A DNA stretch of 61,547 nucleotides, filler included, from Sphacelaria rigidula (lineage: Eukaryota): NCBI GenBank assembly GCA_964200075.2. It is 9 parts of 9 records of this genome, joined end to end, with 100 filler letters (N's around TTAATTAATTAA, not from the genome) between each part and the next. Parts side by side here need not be neighbours in the genome. Positions count along the whole stretch, not along the records: positions 34,251 to 41,000 come from CAXNAA020018269.1; positions 41,101 to 47,849 come from CAXNAA020018270.1; positions 47,950 to 54,698 come from CAXNAA020018271.1; 6 more parts are not named here. One strand, written 5' to 3'. A model generated the notes under the pieces. The model made no database searches, had not been told where the DNA came from, and was given only the letters and a program-made list of their open reading frames with translations. The position numbers and the translations under genes are program-made. This document shows positions 38,685-51,621 of this stretch, piece after piece (position 1 is the stretch's first letter; the number at the start of each line of letters is the position of its first letter).

Positions 38685-38920
38685 TTGATTGAGATTTTAT
38701 TCGGTTGATTGATGGTCGCACTTTAACTGACCACCCATGGGTCCAGCGGTGGTCGCATGATGGACGTACCCAAGAAAAGCAAAACTGAAGCACTCGTTCA
38801 AGAAAACGAAGGAGTAGAAAAAAGTCGAATAGAACGACATAGTAGACTAAGACGTAAAATAATGAAATAAAATAAAAAATAAAGAAATGAAGAAAAAAAT
38901 CGTGAAAAGCAAGGCACAGA
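38685..38920 (-). mobile_element. (ATCA)n-tailed retroposon copy
   Basis: GTCGCACTTTAACTGACCACCCATGGGTCCAGCGGTGGTCGCATGATGGACG matches 33318 onward. Confidence 0.75.
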
Positions 38921-39872
38921 AAGAGATGGCCATGGTGAAAGAAAATGAATTGTGTGGGGTTTGCATGGTGGTGTGGACGGGTGTTATCTGGCGTGGTGAT
39001 CTGCAAGGTAGGAGTCAGATGCCCGTTCGTTCTTTCCGCCGCATGCTTTCGATCGACAAACCTCCTATTATACAACTTTTCTGTTTTTTACCTTACTGGT
39101 CGTTCGCGAATATTCATGAAGATGACTTGAAGCCACTTAAAAACATTACTGACGTTGACGTTCTCGTATCAGATACCAAAATTCTATTCCGCCGCACTTT
39201 TTCATCGAAGAAATAGATACAGACATTATTTTTCCCATCGAAAATTTGCGGTGCAAAAGGAGAACTCCGATCTGATAGGTCGAGATTTCAACTACGTCAT
39301 TTATGGCGACGATGGTTGAAATCACGGCCTATCAAATCCAAATTCTTGTTGTCCACCGCACTTTTTCGGTCGAAACATGATGTGCGAAGACACGCCTACC
39401 TGGTCTAACAGGTGCGGTGGAACAGAAAATTTCCGACCCGATGCGTCAACGTCAGTTATGCTCCTAGATGGATTCAACCCTTGTCCATGATTCTTCGCGC
39501 CCGACCGGGAGGTATAAAGCGAAATAGTTTCAGCCTTTTCGATCGAAATCATGCGGCGGAGAGGCATGAAGGAGAACTCGACTCTTATCTTGCTGACCAC
39601 CACTCCAGATACCACCCGTTCACAGGATCACGCAAACCCCACACAGCTCATTATCGGATACGACTGCACAGATCAAACCTTGGGCTTTTGTTTTAGCGTT
39701 GCACACCGGCTGCGCGTACGTTAGCCATGTGGGATAGCGCAAAAATTGCGGAGAGACTTTGATTGGCTCGCGGTCAATTTCTTTTTCTCTTTCGAGCAAT
39801 CAGGACAGACAATAATAAAAATCTGAAAAAAGTGTTAAATGTTTTGAGCTTCTACGTCGTTTCACGCCTTAA

Positions 39873-40933
39873 CCCTTTTGGCACCGGGCCTCCAGAACGA
39901 CCAATGAGGCTGGTTAGGAATGATGTGTCTGGCGTCTGCACGAAACAGTGTCTTCATGGTGCTGAAAATCCACGTATGTAACCGCCACATGCAGGGTGAG
40001 GAGGAAGACTGAAAGTTTCATCCAATCTACACTATTTTCCGGTGCAGATACAAACTGTAATTCGGGTGGGGTGCGCATTAGGTGATGTATATCTGATGAA
40101 CGACCAGTATGGGTCGCCGAGGGGAGCTTTCAACAGGATGCGACGACCGGCGGGCCGCCCGCCACTTGTGACTCTGGATGATATTATTGTCCCCATCACC
40201 TTGCCACACAGCCCTTTGTGATCGGGGTGGGCCGCGATTTTCCTGTTTGTTGCAAGCGGCAAATTCTCTCCGAAGGGTATGGGCGCTGCGGCGCACATAC
40301 ATACGGTACAGTACAGTGCAGTACGCCTCTCCGACTACAGCAGCAGCTACCGCTGCATACCCCCTTGCACGTTCTGGGCAGTTCTAAACGACGGGGATCA
40401 TCTGCCCATACACAGGTTGTTCATCTCTGCCCACTACATACATGTTCAGTGTTCTTCAACTCATCGGCAGAGGGATAAGCAGAATTCATGACGGTAGCCC
40501 CTCTTGCACGGCCCACCTGGTTTTAGTGCCTCGTGAAAATGTCCACATTGTGGCATGTACACTCCTTCCCGTTATTTCCACTCCACCCTGTATTGATGTA
40601 ATTACTACGTTTCAGTATAGAATTGCGACCCAATCCCCCCTCCAGAAAAAAATTCGGGAACGCTACACTGAATGCAAGTAATACCATAAAACCAAGCTAC
40701 GACCACCCCGCATTTGGAAACCTGGGCAGGTTTATCTGTGCCAAGGATAGGGCTCCCACATGACTTTTGCAGTGGCATCATACTCGACAACAATCCCCGC
40801 GCTGGTCGTTCGGAATCTGGTCGATAAATTTCGCCTCGCCGTGATTGGGCAGGTCGCTCCCTGACTTGTTTTTTTTATAATTTCACTGACACAGGGTCAA
40901 CCCTGTGTTAGTGGGGGGTCGATCCCAAAAGGG
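39873..40933 (+). mobile_element. Non-autonomous piggyBac-like element (~1.06 kb)
   Basis: TTAA-CCCTTTTGGCACCG ... CGATCCCAAAAGGG-CTAA. Colinear along its length with the reverse complement of 50596-51621. Confidence 0.85.
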
Positions 40934-41199
40934 CTAAAAGAGAGCTAGGCGGAGTTTGACACCTTGGAATGACTTGCTCTACTAGTTGAGGCGGTTCCAG
41001 NNNNNNNNNNNNNNNNNNNNNNNNNNNNNNNNNNNNNNNNNNNNTTAATTAATTAANNNNNNNNNNNNNNNNNNNNNNNNNNNNNNNNNNNNNNNNNNNN
41101 GAATAACCCAAAGCGTCTGAGATCCGTGACCATCCTGCGTCTCTCCCTCCAGCTCTGCCCTGGAACGCCAACATGTTGGAGGTGATCCTTTCTGCATCC

Positions 41200-42515
41200 T
41201 CAGTCGATTGTCGTCCCCGAAATTCGTGTTGTTCCGCTGTTGGCCGTGGAATAGCAGCAGCTGCGCGACGTGGAGAAACAAATGCTCCCCCAAGTAACAC
41301 ATCCTCAATTTTTGCCAAAATTTCCGAATAATATGGTCTGACAGAACACTATGGTTTGCATATTGGAGCGCCGTAACCAAATCTCCCCGCCCACATACCG
41401 CAACCGGTGCCCCGATACTGACAATCTGCACAAACAGGTTTATGTCGGGAAACTCTTTCACTTCGCCAAACCAACCCCTAATCAGAGATACATCAACGCG
41501 GGGAACGGGCGATAGAGTCGGAGTTTCAAGCATACTGCTAAACCAACCACTTTTGTCTTCCAAAAAACGTTGGCTTTTCGCTGCTACATTATGGAGTGCT
41601 GCATAGGTTGATTGAGGATTGGCTGAGCGCGCTAACCGTTTTAGCGCTACCGCACATTCTTCCACATCCCCAGCTACACCTTGTTGCTCGCTCAACGTCG
41701 ACCTCGGTCCTCCCGTCTACTCGCCTTCCACGGAAACCGCGTGCTGGTCCGAGGTTGGCCCCGCCTCGAGGCGAGGCCCGCAACCCTAGTTGCGGCCCCC
41801 ACCATCGCCGCCGCCCCCGCCCCCACCGCCATTACCCCGTCCACTAGCGCCGCCCCCGGCGCTCTGGTTGCTGGGGCGGTTGTTGGTTCCCCCGGTCTCC
41901 AAGCCGCCGCCACCGGCGCGACCAGTGCCACCGGCGCGACCATTGCCACCGCCGCCGCCTCCCCCGCCGCTAGCTCGAGGACCGTCGCCCCCGTTTCTGG
42001 ATCGACGGTTTGCTTTCTTGGTGTGCTCCCATGGGCAGTCCCGGCGACGGCATACTCGTTCCTTCATCTCCACGAAGCAGTGTCGGTCACGAGTTTGGTT
42101 ATTTCCGGAGCGGGAACGCTTGGTCGGCGACAGTAGGGAAGAGGTGCGGATGCGGATGCCCCGAAGTCCCCCGCTATCAATAAAGTTTCGCAGGAAAGTC
42201 CACTGCGGCGCCACCACCGGAGGCATGTCCTCGATATTTGGAGGCGTTGGGTGCTGCCGCTGGAATGCGACGGCGCTAGTAAACAGGCTCGAAGACCACC
42301 GACCCAGGTCATCATCAACGAGGGACTCCATCATGGCGCATACCTCCGGGTCCAACATCTTGGCGGGTCATTTGCGGCAGTGTACCCGCAACAGGGTAGC
42401 GCCCTCCTCCATGGCTTCGCGAAGAATCTCCAGACGGACGCGCCCGTCGTCCGACTCGATACCCAGGGAGAGGAGCGTCATGATGGCCTCGATCAGTATC
42501 TCCAGGTGCTCGTCA
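41200..42515 (-). pseudogene. DIRS/Ngaro-type retrotransposon relic: Gag-like ORF with CCCH finger and start of Pol
   Basis: C-x8-C-x4-C-x3-H motif (CFVEMKERVCRRRDCPWEH) followed by a Gly-rich tail. Downstream: FPDINLFVQIVSIGAPV..LQYANHSV, and in another frame KIEDVLLGGAFVSPRRAAAAIP, resembling the pre-RT region of YR retroelements. Contains an internal stop and frameshifts. Confidence 0.65.
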
Positions 42516-42979
42516 CGTCCACGTAGGGAGAGGAGATTCTTCGCGAAGCCATGGAGGAGGGCGCTACCCTGTTGCGGGTACACTGCCGCAAATGGCCCGC
42601 CAAGATGTTGGACCCGGAGGTATGCGCCATGATGGAGTCCCTCGTTGATGATGACCTGGGTCGGTGGTCTTTGAGCCTGTTTACTAGCGCCGTCGCATTC
42701 CAGCGGCAGCACCCAACGCCTCCAAATATCGAGGACATGCCTCCGGTGGTGACGCCGCAGTGGACTTTCCTGCGAAACTTTATTGATAGCGGGGGACTTC
42801 GGGGCATCCGCATCCACACCTCTTCCCTACTGTCGCCGACCAAGCGTTCCCGCTCCGGAAATGACCAAACTCGTGACCGACACTGCTTCGTGGCGATGAA
42901 GGAACGAGTATGCCGTCGCCGGAACTGCCCATGGGAGCGCACCAAGAAAGCAAATCGCCGATCCAGCAACGGGGGCGAC
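41984..42979. repeat. 448-bp inverted duplication with 100-bp spacer
   Basis: 41984-42431 is the reverse complement of 42532-42979 with scattered substitutions. Mirror ORFs MLDPEVCAMMESLVDDDLGRW... appear on both strands. Confidence 0.95.
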
Positions 42980-45455
42980 AAAAGGCGCAACGTTTCGATA
43001 AAATGTGTTGGCCCGTGTCGAACTGGCCCAACTCCTTCTATGCTCTCTCTGTCCACCTTTTGTGTCTCCAACCTACGCTGATTTGTGTCTCCTTGTTTTG
43101 ACTATCCGTGGACTTTCCCGCAAAATGAACGCTTGGGGCTGACTGTTCAACTGTTCCTCCGTGACCCTCAAAAAGCGACTGAAATAATAAGAAGGCGGCT
43201 GACTATTTGACTATTCCTCCGTGACCCTAAAAGAGCGGCTGGACTAATAGACGCCTCTTTGGCCAATGCGATGTTTGCAATAAACGACGGTTTGCTTCTT
43301 TCTGAACAAACCTCTCCTTTTTGAGTGTTGTGTGCTGTACTTCATCAGGACAACACATGCATACTTGCACGCTTCACCCCATGAAATTCAAACTCCTTTC
43401 CATGTATTTAGTATATTCTCTGTTCCTTGTGTTTTCGTGTGCTCAACTATAGAAAAACACAACTCTGGGAAGAATTACTCTTCTATTTTGAACAGCGCCG
43501 GGGTAACCCCTGCGAAATCGACGCTCAACAAGCTCCTCAACTACCTAACCTCAGAAGTAAAGGACGATGTCGTCGGGGCCCTAGACAGCGCATGGAGAGT
43601 ACCGCAAGATCAGGCACTCCTGGGGCTTCTGCAGCCTGCAGCTTCATCTCACTCCTGCGGTCAACCTGGAGTTCTGCAGGTATCTGCAGGTACTTCTTCC
43701 GTGAATCAAACTACGGACACGCCATTTTATTTCCTCACTCGCGTTTTTGTACAGAGGCCGCTCACGAAATGTCTGACCAGAACGAATTGCAATAGTACAC
43801 CAGACTCCTCTCGGTGAGATGAAGCAATGTGTCCAAGAGGTGGGGGGGCGAATTTCTCTGCTCGGGGTCAAAACCTTTGCCAAATGTCCCAATAGTAATA
43901 AATACGAACCCAACAAAATATAAAATGTAAACCCGCAGGAAACGGCCTATACCATGAGTTCGAAATTCTAAATTTAAAGTTAGTCCACAGCTTCATGTCC
44001 TGCAGTCGCGATTGGCTCGCTTCCTCATGCGTTGCGCCCACTACAGCACTGCGGCGGATACAAGACCAGTGGTCCGGTTATTCGCTGTCAGTATATGATC
44101 AGTCTTTCTCTTCACGGTGGCATAGAGTATGATTAGTGGTGTAGATACAAACGTTAGTCTTCCTGCCTGCTCCGCCTCGCCAGTCCAACAGTACTTCCTG
44201 TGTTTGGAAATATAGGCTCTCTCGGAAATATCAGGAATATAAGCTCGCTTCAGGAAGTATGCGAATAGCGCGGTTCTTGATCAGGCCACCACCGGGATGT
44301 GTTCCGCACATCATTTGTACCATGTGCCAAAAAAGAAATAAATCAGAGGATGACGTGATATTGCCCCCGGAAAAAACACCCCCACGCAAGATAACACCCC
44401 CCAGAATACTCACCGGACAAAAGAGGGCGTGAGATTGCACAAGGCGTTCTGCGGCCGCTAATGCGCGTGTTTGATGAATTGGACACTACTCTGCCACCGT
44501 GTACGGCAGAAATACTTCGGGGCATGAAATGTGTTCACGTCCACCCGGGGATCAATAGTTATCGTTCCCGGGGTGGGGAGGAAACGGTCACACCCCGAAA
44601 AAGTGAACAGAGTGCATCATCACCCCGCGGTAAGCAGGTGACGTCACGCCCGATGCGTGTCTGGGTGAGAAAATGGTTTCGCGCCACATAATATGGGCAA
44701 CGTCAACATTAAAAACAGTAGAAATAAATGGGGACATCAGCAACACTTTTCACAGCACCAGCAGCCAACGTGAGCTGCACTGGGAACCACAGCAGCAGAA
44801 AAAGAAGTCACTCGACCCCAGAACGCCGATTTTCCCATGGACGTCTCGTTCGTTAAAAAACGAACGCTGCGGAAACTGGCGCTGCTGACGTAGCCCAACA
44901 TGGGTAGGAGATGATCGAAAGACGACGTACCGACTGCCTTCACTCCCTCACGGTCGCTACCCTCTGCCAGCTGTGATGGGCTGGTCACCGGCGTTGCTCG
45001 TGCGCTGTTGTTTAGTCAGACCACAAAAAAAGTGGTTCTACGAGCTCCGCCGAATCGGCACGAAGTCCGTCGAATAAGGCGATTGAGAAACATTCAGTGA
45101 GAAGGCCTCCAACCGGTGGTTTTCCCTCTCTTCGGCCAGGGACTCTGTGGTCACCGAGGGTATAGGTGGTGTTGTACTGTGGACTGACCAAAGACCTTGG
45201 TTCTGGGTTATTCTTCAGGTCGTCACGGAAACAAAACAAGTAAAGCACCAAAAAGATCGCATTTGGGCCAAAGTTATGCCTCTTTTTCTCTGAGAAAGTA
45301 TTTTTTTCCGAATAGAGGAGGTATAAATTATCAAAGGGAAATCATGGTTTTGTACATGAACACCACCAAAATATATCAGAGACTAAAACATTTATCCCTC
45401 GAAAACATCAAAATGCTTCCATCTGTCCCCCTACTCTTGTGTCCAATTCCCGCAG

Positions 45456-46980
45456 GTGACCGCAGACACGTTTAGGTCCTTAATCGACAACGTCACACCG
45501 AAACATGTGTTCGTGGCAGCGACAGTCGACCCGGGGGAAAACGCGGTAAACGTCTGCATATCTCTCGACGTTCCCGTACTTCTTTGTCGTGCCCATCGGA
45601 TCAACTCGGCTGTGATATGGATGCTCGGAATCGCCGGCTCAGCCGCTAGGTGCCAAGATATGAACATGAAGGAGCTAATTCAGAGAGCGGCGGCGTTGGT
45701 CGGCGTGGTCAGTCATTCTGCTGTCAACAACGATGCTCTGCGAGCAGTCCACACAAAGTTAAAGAGCACGAGATGAAGGAAGAACTGGACACCATGGCGG
45801 CGGAGGCAGCGGGCATCACTCTGGCACAAGGGGAGTTCCGGGAAAGGGTAAAAGAGACGACTTTATGTAGCGAAGAACAAACCAACTTGGAGAAGATTAA
45901 GTTCGACATCCTGACCCTAGTGAGGCCCAATAACACCATGTAAGCTTCCCCGCAGGAGGGAGAATGCGACGTGTGGGATCGTACTGTGAACCCTTTCCGT
46001 TTCAATTGTCGTTGTGTTGTGCGCGCTTCTTGTGTTTTGTCGGGTGCTACCGTTTGTTTGGTTTCTCCTGTCTTTTGTTGTCCTTCTATCAATAGAGCGT
46101 TTGTGTACATTTTCTTTCGTGGGATTTCTGTGTTTATTTTTCTCGTTTTGTCTACCTTGAAGTCGCCCATCTTGCGACCACAGCTATTCGTCGGGAATCA
46201 GTGAGAGTGAGAACATCCATTCCATCAATGTGTTGTCGATATGAAGAAATAATCGGGTGCTCATGGCTGTCTCGTCGTTCACACCCGCGTGTGTACGCCA
46301 CAATGGATGCTAGGTGGGCCTCGTAGCTTGCGTTTTCGGTGCGTGTGATCATCCTCGAGACGTCCATCGCCAAGAACCTCCGCGATCCGCCCCAGAATGC
46401 GCACCGCGGGCTCTCGCCGACCGAGTGAGTGGTTGTGAAGGAGATCTGCTGCGTGGTGGAGTATGCGGAGCGAGTGACGATCGGTATCCAGAGCGGCATT
46501 GACAGAATCCTCAGCCGGACCATCTACCCGTTCCACCAGCTGGTTGACATCCTTACCTCCGTGGAGGTGGGGATGGTCGACTTCGAGAAGGCGAGGGAGG
46601 CCAAGACGGGGGAGGGGCCACCAATCCACGAGCTGAAGTGCGTCGATGACCTCCAGGTCCCTGTGCAAGAGGCGGTATCTCGAACAGCTCAAGGATTGCA
46701 AGGTGCGGAAAAGGGGATTCAGCGGAGGTGGACGAGCACACTTTGAGCGACGAGGCGAATGAGGCGCTGGTCGCGCTAGGCAAGGCGATGGACAGTGAGC
46801 TGGGTAGCAGGGAGACTGCTACTTCTCTTGATGGGGCGGCGGGCAGCGATGGGGAGCCTACACTTAAACACCGACGGAGCCTGTTTGAGGAGCGTGAGGC
46901 TAGCCGCGCCGCCGCCATCAAAAAGGGCGCCGGCGTCCAGGTGGCGGGGTCATCCATGATCATTTGTTGCCCACTTGTGT
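45456..46980 (+). pseudogene. Intron-containing hAT-superfamily transposase pseudogene
   Basis: AATVDPGEN (second-D region), CxxH motif LCRAHRIN, and LIQRAAALVGVVSHS. LVRPNNT|MWAS across a GT-AG intron (45940-46313) matches the conserved TRW.S motif, followed by LSPTE*VVVKEICCVVE. In-frame stops and frameshifts are present. 43460-43620 may be an upstream exon. Confidence 0.8.
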
Positions 46981-47949
46981 AAGGATATTTGTGTTGCATA
47001 TCGAACCAATAATCTAATTGACACAATATCGATGTTGGCGAGCGCAGCGAGCCCCCAACGGCCCCCCCCCCGGCTGGTGAGGGGGCCCCGCTAGCGGCGC
47101 CGCCGGAGGCGAAAAATTTGGCGCAATTTGGCTTAATTTCTGAAAAAAACGCCCCAACCTGCACCTCTTTTCTCTGCAAGCGGTGGACCTATTTGTAACC
47201 AAAATGAACGGTGGAAGAACATTTGAAATACGCATGATACCATGTTCGCACAGTGCTGGGATTTACACTATAACTAAGCATGACTCGTTGAGGACCCGCA
47301 CGTCAAAAGTTATATTTGCTACGATTGTGCCTTACTAGATGCTTCTAGTCGCAGAATCTACGAGATGGACGATGGACGATGCTATTTTGAGGCGATCTTC
47401 GACCACAGACTGGCGATTCGCTCCTAGAACGCTGTGGTGTTTGTACTCTCGAAAAAGATGCTCCATTATATGACGACACCATGGGAGCACCGGAATTCCT
47501 GCACACCAGCCAACAGTAAGATGACTCTCAGTGCGAATACCTCACATTTCTGCCCAGCTCTGAAAATAACTTCACTTGATTTCTGTACCATTTCATGCCA
47601 CTCTGCCAGTCTACTGCTCTGATTTTGCTCGGAACTCCGGATATCGCGCTCAGACACAACCGCGGCAGCGGCCACAGCAGTAGTGGCGGTAACAGCGGGG
47701 ACGCCGGCCGCCCCTTGGCCAAATGTTGTAGCCATATGAGGTCTACGTGTAGACTAGTGCTGTATGGTGTGTGATAGTAGTGTGGTATCGGATCTAGGAG
47801 GCCGTGTGTGCCTGGTGTGCAGCCTGTAGGCCTCCCTCGCAGTGTATGCNNNNNNNNNNNNNNNNNNNNNNNNNNNNNNNNNNNNNNNNNNNNTTAATTA
47901 ATTAANNNNNNNNNNNNNNNNNNNNNNNNNNNNNNNNNNNNNNNNNNNN

Positions 47950-48160
47950 GGGAATCGAACCCCCAAACTCAACCATCAGAAGGTTACGAGGTTACCAACT
48001 GAGCCACCGGGGCGACCGGCTGGTGGTGAACAAAAACAATCAAAAACAAAACCTTTTGTGTCGGCCCTCCTCCTGCGTGTCCCCGGCTGGTACGCGCACA
48101 TACACCGAAAGGTGTAGACCGGCGTCCAGAATAGATAAGACGACAACACACACAACACAC
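47950..48160. mobile_element. Two tRNA-SINE fragments back to back (minus-strand head, plus-strand tail)
   Basis: 47950-48020 is the reverse complement of the A/B-box head. 48030-48160 matches the SINE 3' body and (CA)n tail. Confidence 0.75.
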
Positions 48161-50164
48161 AGCGTACACCGCGGGCCGGCGAGAGTGCAAGAACAGTACA
48201 TACTGAGAACGTATCGGGGAAAGTACGTTGGGGGTGTGTCCAAAAATTACATCCAATACACGATTGCACCCTTTTGGAACTTGCCGAAAACAGTGGAAAC
48301 TCCCATATGCGAGCTTTCGTCACCGGGGAAACGTCACTTCGAGTTCGGCGCACGAATCTGTCCCGTTAGTATACTTGAACCTAGAGTGGTTCACCGTTTT
48401 GGTGGGCTGCATGATCAACACTAGCAGAAGAACAACCATACCTTGGACAACAAAACGTCAATTGTGGTCGTCATTTTTCCATCAAGACTTCCAAGAGGGT
48501 TAAATATGTCGTCGGCACATGTTGCACGTACCGGCCTACCCGTATATTCCACGCCAGACACACATGCTGAACTCGTTCACGTTCAACCTGCAAGGCACTC
48601 ACTCACGCACAACGTTTTGCGTCAGCAATATGTGCCCCTTCCGGGCGTGAAACATGTTGCGCGGTCAATACATATTGCGCTTGTCCGGCATATAATGTTC
48701 AACATAGACGATATGTGTTGGTGCACGTCCGGGAGGAACATGCTGTGCGAATAACATATCTCCAAGTCATTCGTGGCCGGCTGTATGTACTACCGATACA
48801 CTTTACATTCCTAAATCGGTCTACACGCTGTTCGCTCAATACATGACGACTCGCCTTCGCACCAGGATATTTTCATGTCAATATATGTTGTATACCGCAA
48901 ATGGCGTTATTGTACAGTACATTTGATATCATGTCAGGCACAAGTTCGAAAAACACTCGAGGTTATTCTCGTTTCCCCGCGAGATTGGACATATTCCCTG
49001 TTTCATTGACGAGATATCTCCGCAGGACGTGAAGGGGTGTCCATTCTCTTCATCTCTCAATCGCATTAGGCAGGTTACTCAGACCCGCAGTCGAAAGGTA
49101 ACGTTCCGCGGTAGCCACGCGAACAAGCATTATTTCTCCTGCGGTGGGGAGTACCTCACTTCACCAGCGAGCTTCAGACGGGAGTGCTTCCCCTCTGGAA
49201 AAAGCACACCATCAACACACGAGCTCGAACGGGAAACCTCTGAGCAGCTGTCTCCCCTCTGCAAAATATACACGATCGACATAAAAGCTCGGACGGGAAA
49301 ACCGTGAGCAGCGCCACATCAGTAACCAACCATGTAATCACCGGGAGGAAGCGGTAACGATACATGTCTACCAGGATATGAATAGAGATCGATAGGCGCA
49401 GCTGGACAGACAGAACACACAAGACAGAAGGGAAGAGAGAAACAAATAAACAGGGGTCGAGAAAGAGATGTCGACAACTCACGGAGGGCACAGCCAAAGC
49501 GAAGCCGAGCAGTACGGAGCAGAACATACAGGCAGGAGGGGAGTAAAATTGAAGGATGACTTATCGTGGGGCCAAAAGCGCAAATCGATCGAATGTGCCT
49601 ATTTTGACCCTTCGCCAACGTTCTGCGCCTGAGTAGACGGCCGGACGGGTTAATCCATCTAGGAATCGTATGCTTTGCCACTCGACAGGGTTCGAGGACA
49701 CACTGATGAGTTTCGGTGCGTGCACTTTGAATTCAGGAGAGAAAATAAAAATGGTGCTTTTGTACAAACCTTACCGAGTCACGAAAATGCATACAAGATC
49801 AACATGATTAATCGGTGTGCACCAAAGTTTACGTTTCGTTTTCCCTCTGGGCCGGAGTCGAATTGCACTCACTAGAAATCGTCTAGTAGTGCTGATATGC
49901 TCTCAGAGTGTAGAGCAAATCATTCCAAGGTCCCATAACCCGCCTGTCCGTCTCTTCACGCGAAACACGCTGCCGAAGGCTCAAAATGGGTGCTCTTCAT
50001 CGCTTTTCACACCTGACCCCATTATAAGTGGTACGCATGTAGCAGGTGAAAAAATGAAACGGGAACCCAAACAATAGCGGTGAGATTCAGCAATGACATC
50101 CAGCGCAGCAGTAAAGAGAAAAGAGGATCAACTCGAAAAACAAAAAAACACATGAAGTACAACG

Positions 50165-50356
50165 TGCCGGGTCGGGATGGAACGGGAACATTTTCCTTCG
50201 CTCCGGAGAACGACGGGACATGAAATATAAGTTGGAAGTATGTCGGGGCGGCACGGGACAGCACGGGACGGCACGGGGCGGCACGGGGCGGGAGGGCCTC
50301 TCCCTGGGAAACGACAGGACGGGACAAGCCATCCTGAATCGTCATTTTTCCACGGC
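50165..50356. repeat. CGGGAC/CGGGGC motif-rich dispersed repeat
   Basis: Tandem GGCACGGG(A/G)C units and scattered CGGGA motifs. Confidence 0.55.
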
Positions 50357-50595
50357 ATTTTTCTCTTGTGAACAGCTGTAAATTTGGCACAAAATGCATG
50401 GGAGGAGGAAATTGATTCCTCAGGCATCGCCCCTCGACAATATATAAACCCCACCACCAGACGAACGTCTGAGGTGGAAAGCGTTTGCATATGGACTGGT
50501 AAAGGGCGACCACACATGCCTTTTCGTTGGCCACCCTCCCCGTGAGTGATATGGCATTTGCGGAATAGTTACATCGGCGGAGACGATTCCCTTAA

Positions 50596-51621
50596 CTCTT
50601 TTGGGACCGCCCTCCCACTAACACAGAGTTGACCCTGTGTTAGTGAAATAATAAAAAAACAAGTCTTCGAGCGACCTGCCCAATCACGGCGAGGCGAAAT
50701 TTATCGACCAGACCCGAACGACCAGTGCTAGGGTCGTTGGCGAGTATGATGCCACTATAAAGATCGTGTGGGGAACCTATCCCTGGCCCAGATAAGCCTT
50801 CGCGGGTTTCCAAGCGCAGAGCAGTCGGCACTTGGTTATATGATGACGTGCACTCAGTATACCGTTCCCGAGTTTTCCGGTGGGTTTTTTGGGTCTCAAC
50901 TCCCTACTAAAACGTAGTAATTTACACTAGCACATCCGGGAAGGAGTGTACATCCTACCATATGATCATTTTCACCACGCCTTAAAACCAGGTGGGCTGT
51001 GGAAAGACAAAAGGATCTACTGTCATGAGTTCTGCTTATCCCTCTGGCGATGACTTGCAGGGTGCAGTGAACAACTACGTAGTGAATGGGGATCGAGAAG
51101 CTGTATATAGGCAGTTGATCACGGTAGCCGAAAACTGCCCAGGACGTGCAAGGGTGTATACAGCGGCAGCTGCTGCTTCGGTCGGAGAGGGGTACTACAC
51201 TGTACTGTATACTATACTTTTTTATGCATGAGCGCCGCAACGCTGATTCCCTCCGAAGAGAATTTACTGCATGCAACAAGGGGGGAAATGGCGGTCCACC
51301 CCGACCACAAAGGGCTGTGTGGCAAGGTGATAGGGACAATAGTATCATCCAAAGCCACAAGCGGCGGGCGGCCCGCCGGTCGCCGCATCCTGTTGGAAGC
51401 TAGCTCTTTACCACGACCCATACTGCTTGCTACATCAGATGTACACCACCTGATGCGCACCCTGCACCTGAAAATAGTTCGGATGAAACTTTCGGTCTCC
51501 GTCATCACCCTGCCATTACATACGCGGATTTTCGGCAACACGCCACTGTTGTGTGTAGACGCCAGACACCTCATTCCTGACCAGCTCACTTGGTCGTTCC
51601 GGAGGCCCGGTCCCAAAAGGG
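50596..51621 (-). mobile_element. Second copy of the non-autonomous piggyBac-like element
   Basis: TTAA-CTCTTTTGGGACCG ... CGGTCCCAAAAGGG-TTAA. Confidence 0.88.

Noticed and set aside
41790..42632. 280-aa proline-rich ORF
   Set aside because: Antisense of the Gly-rich Gag-like frame.
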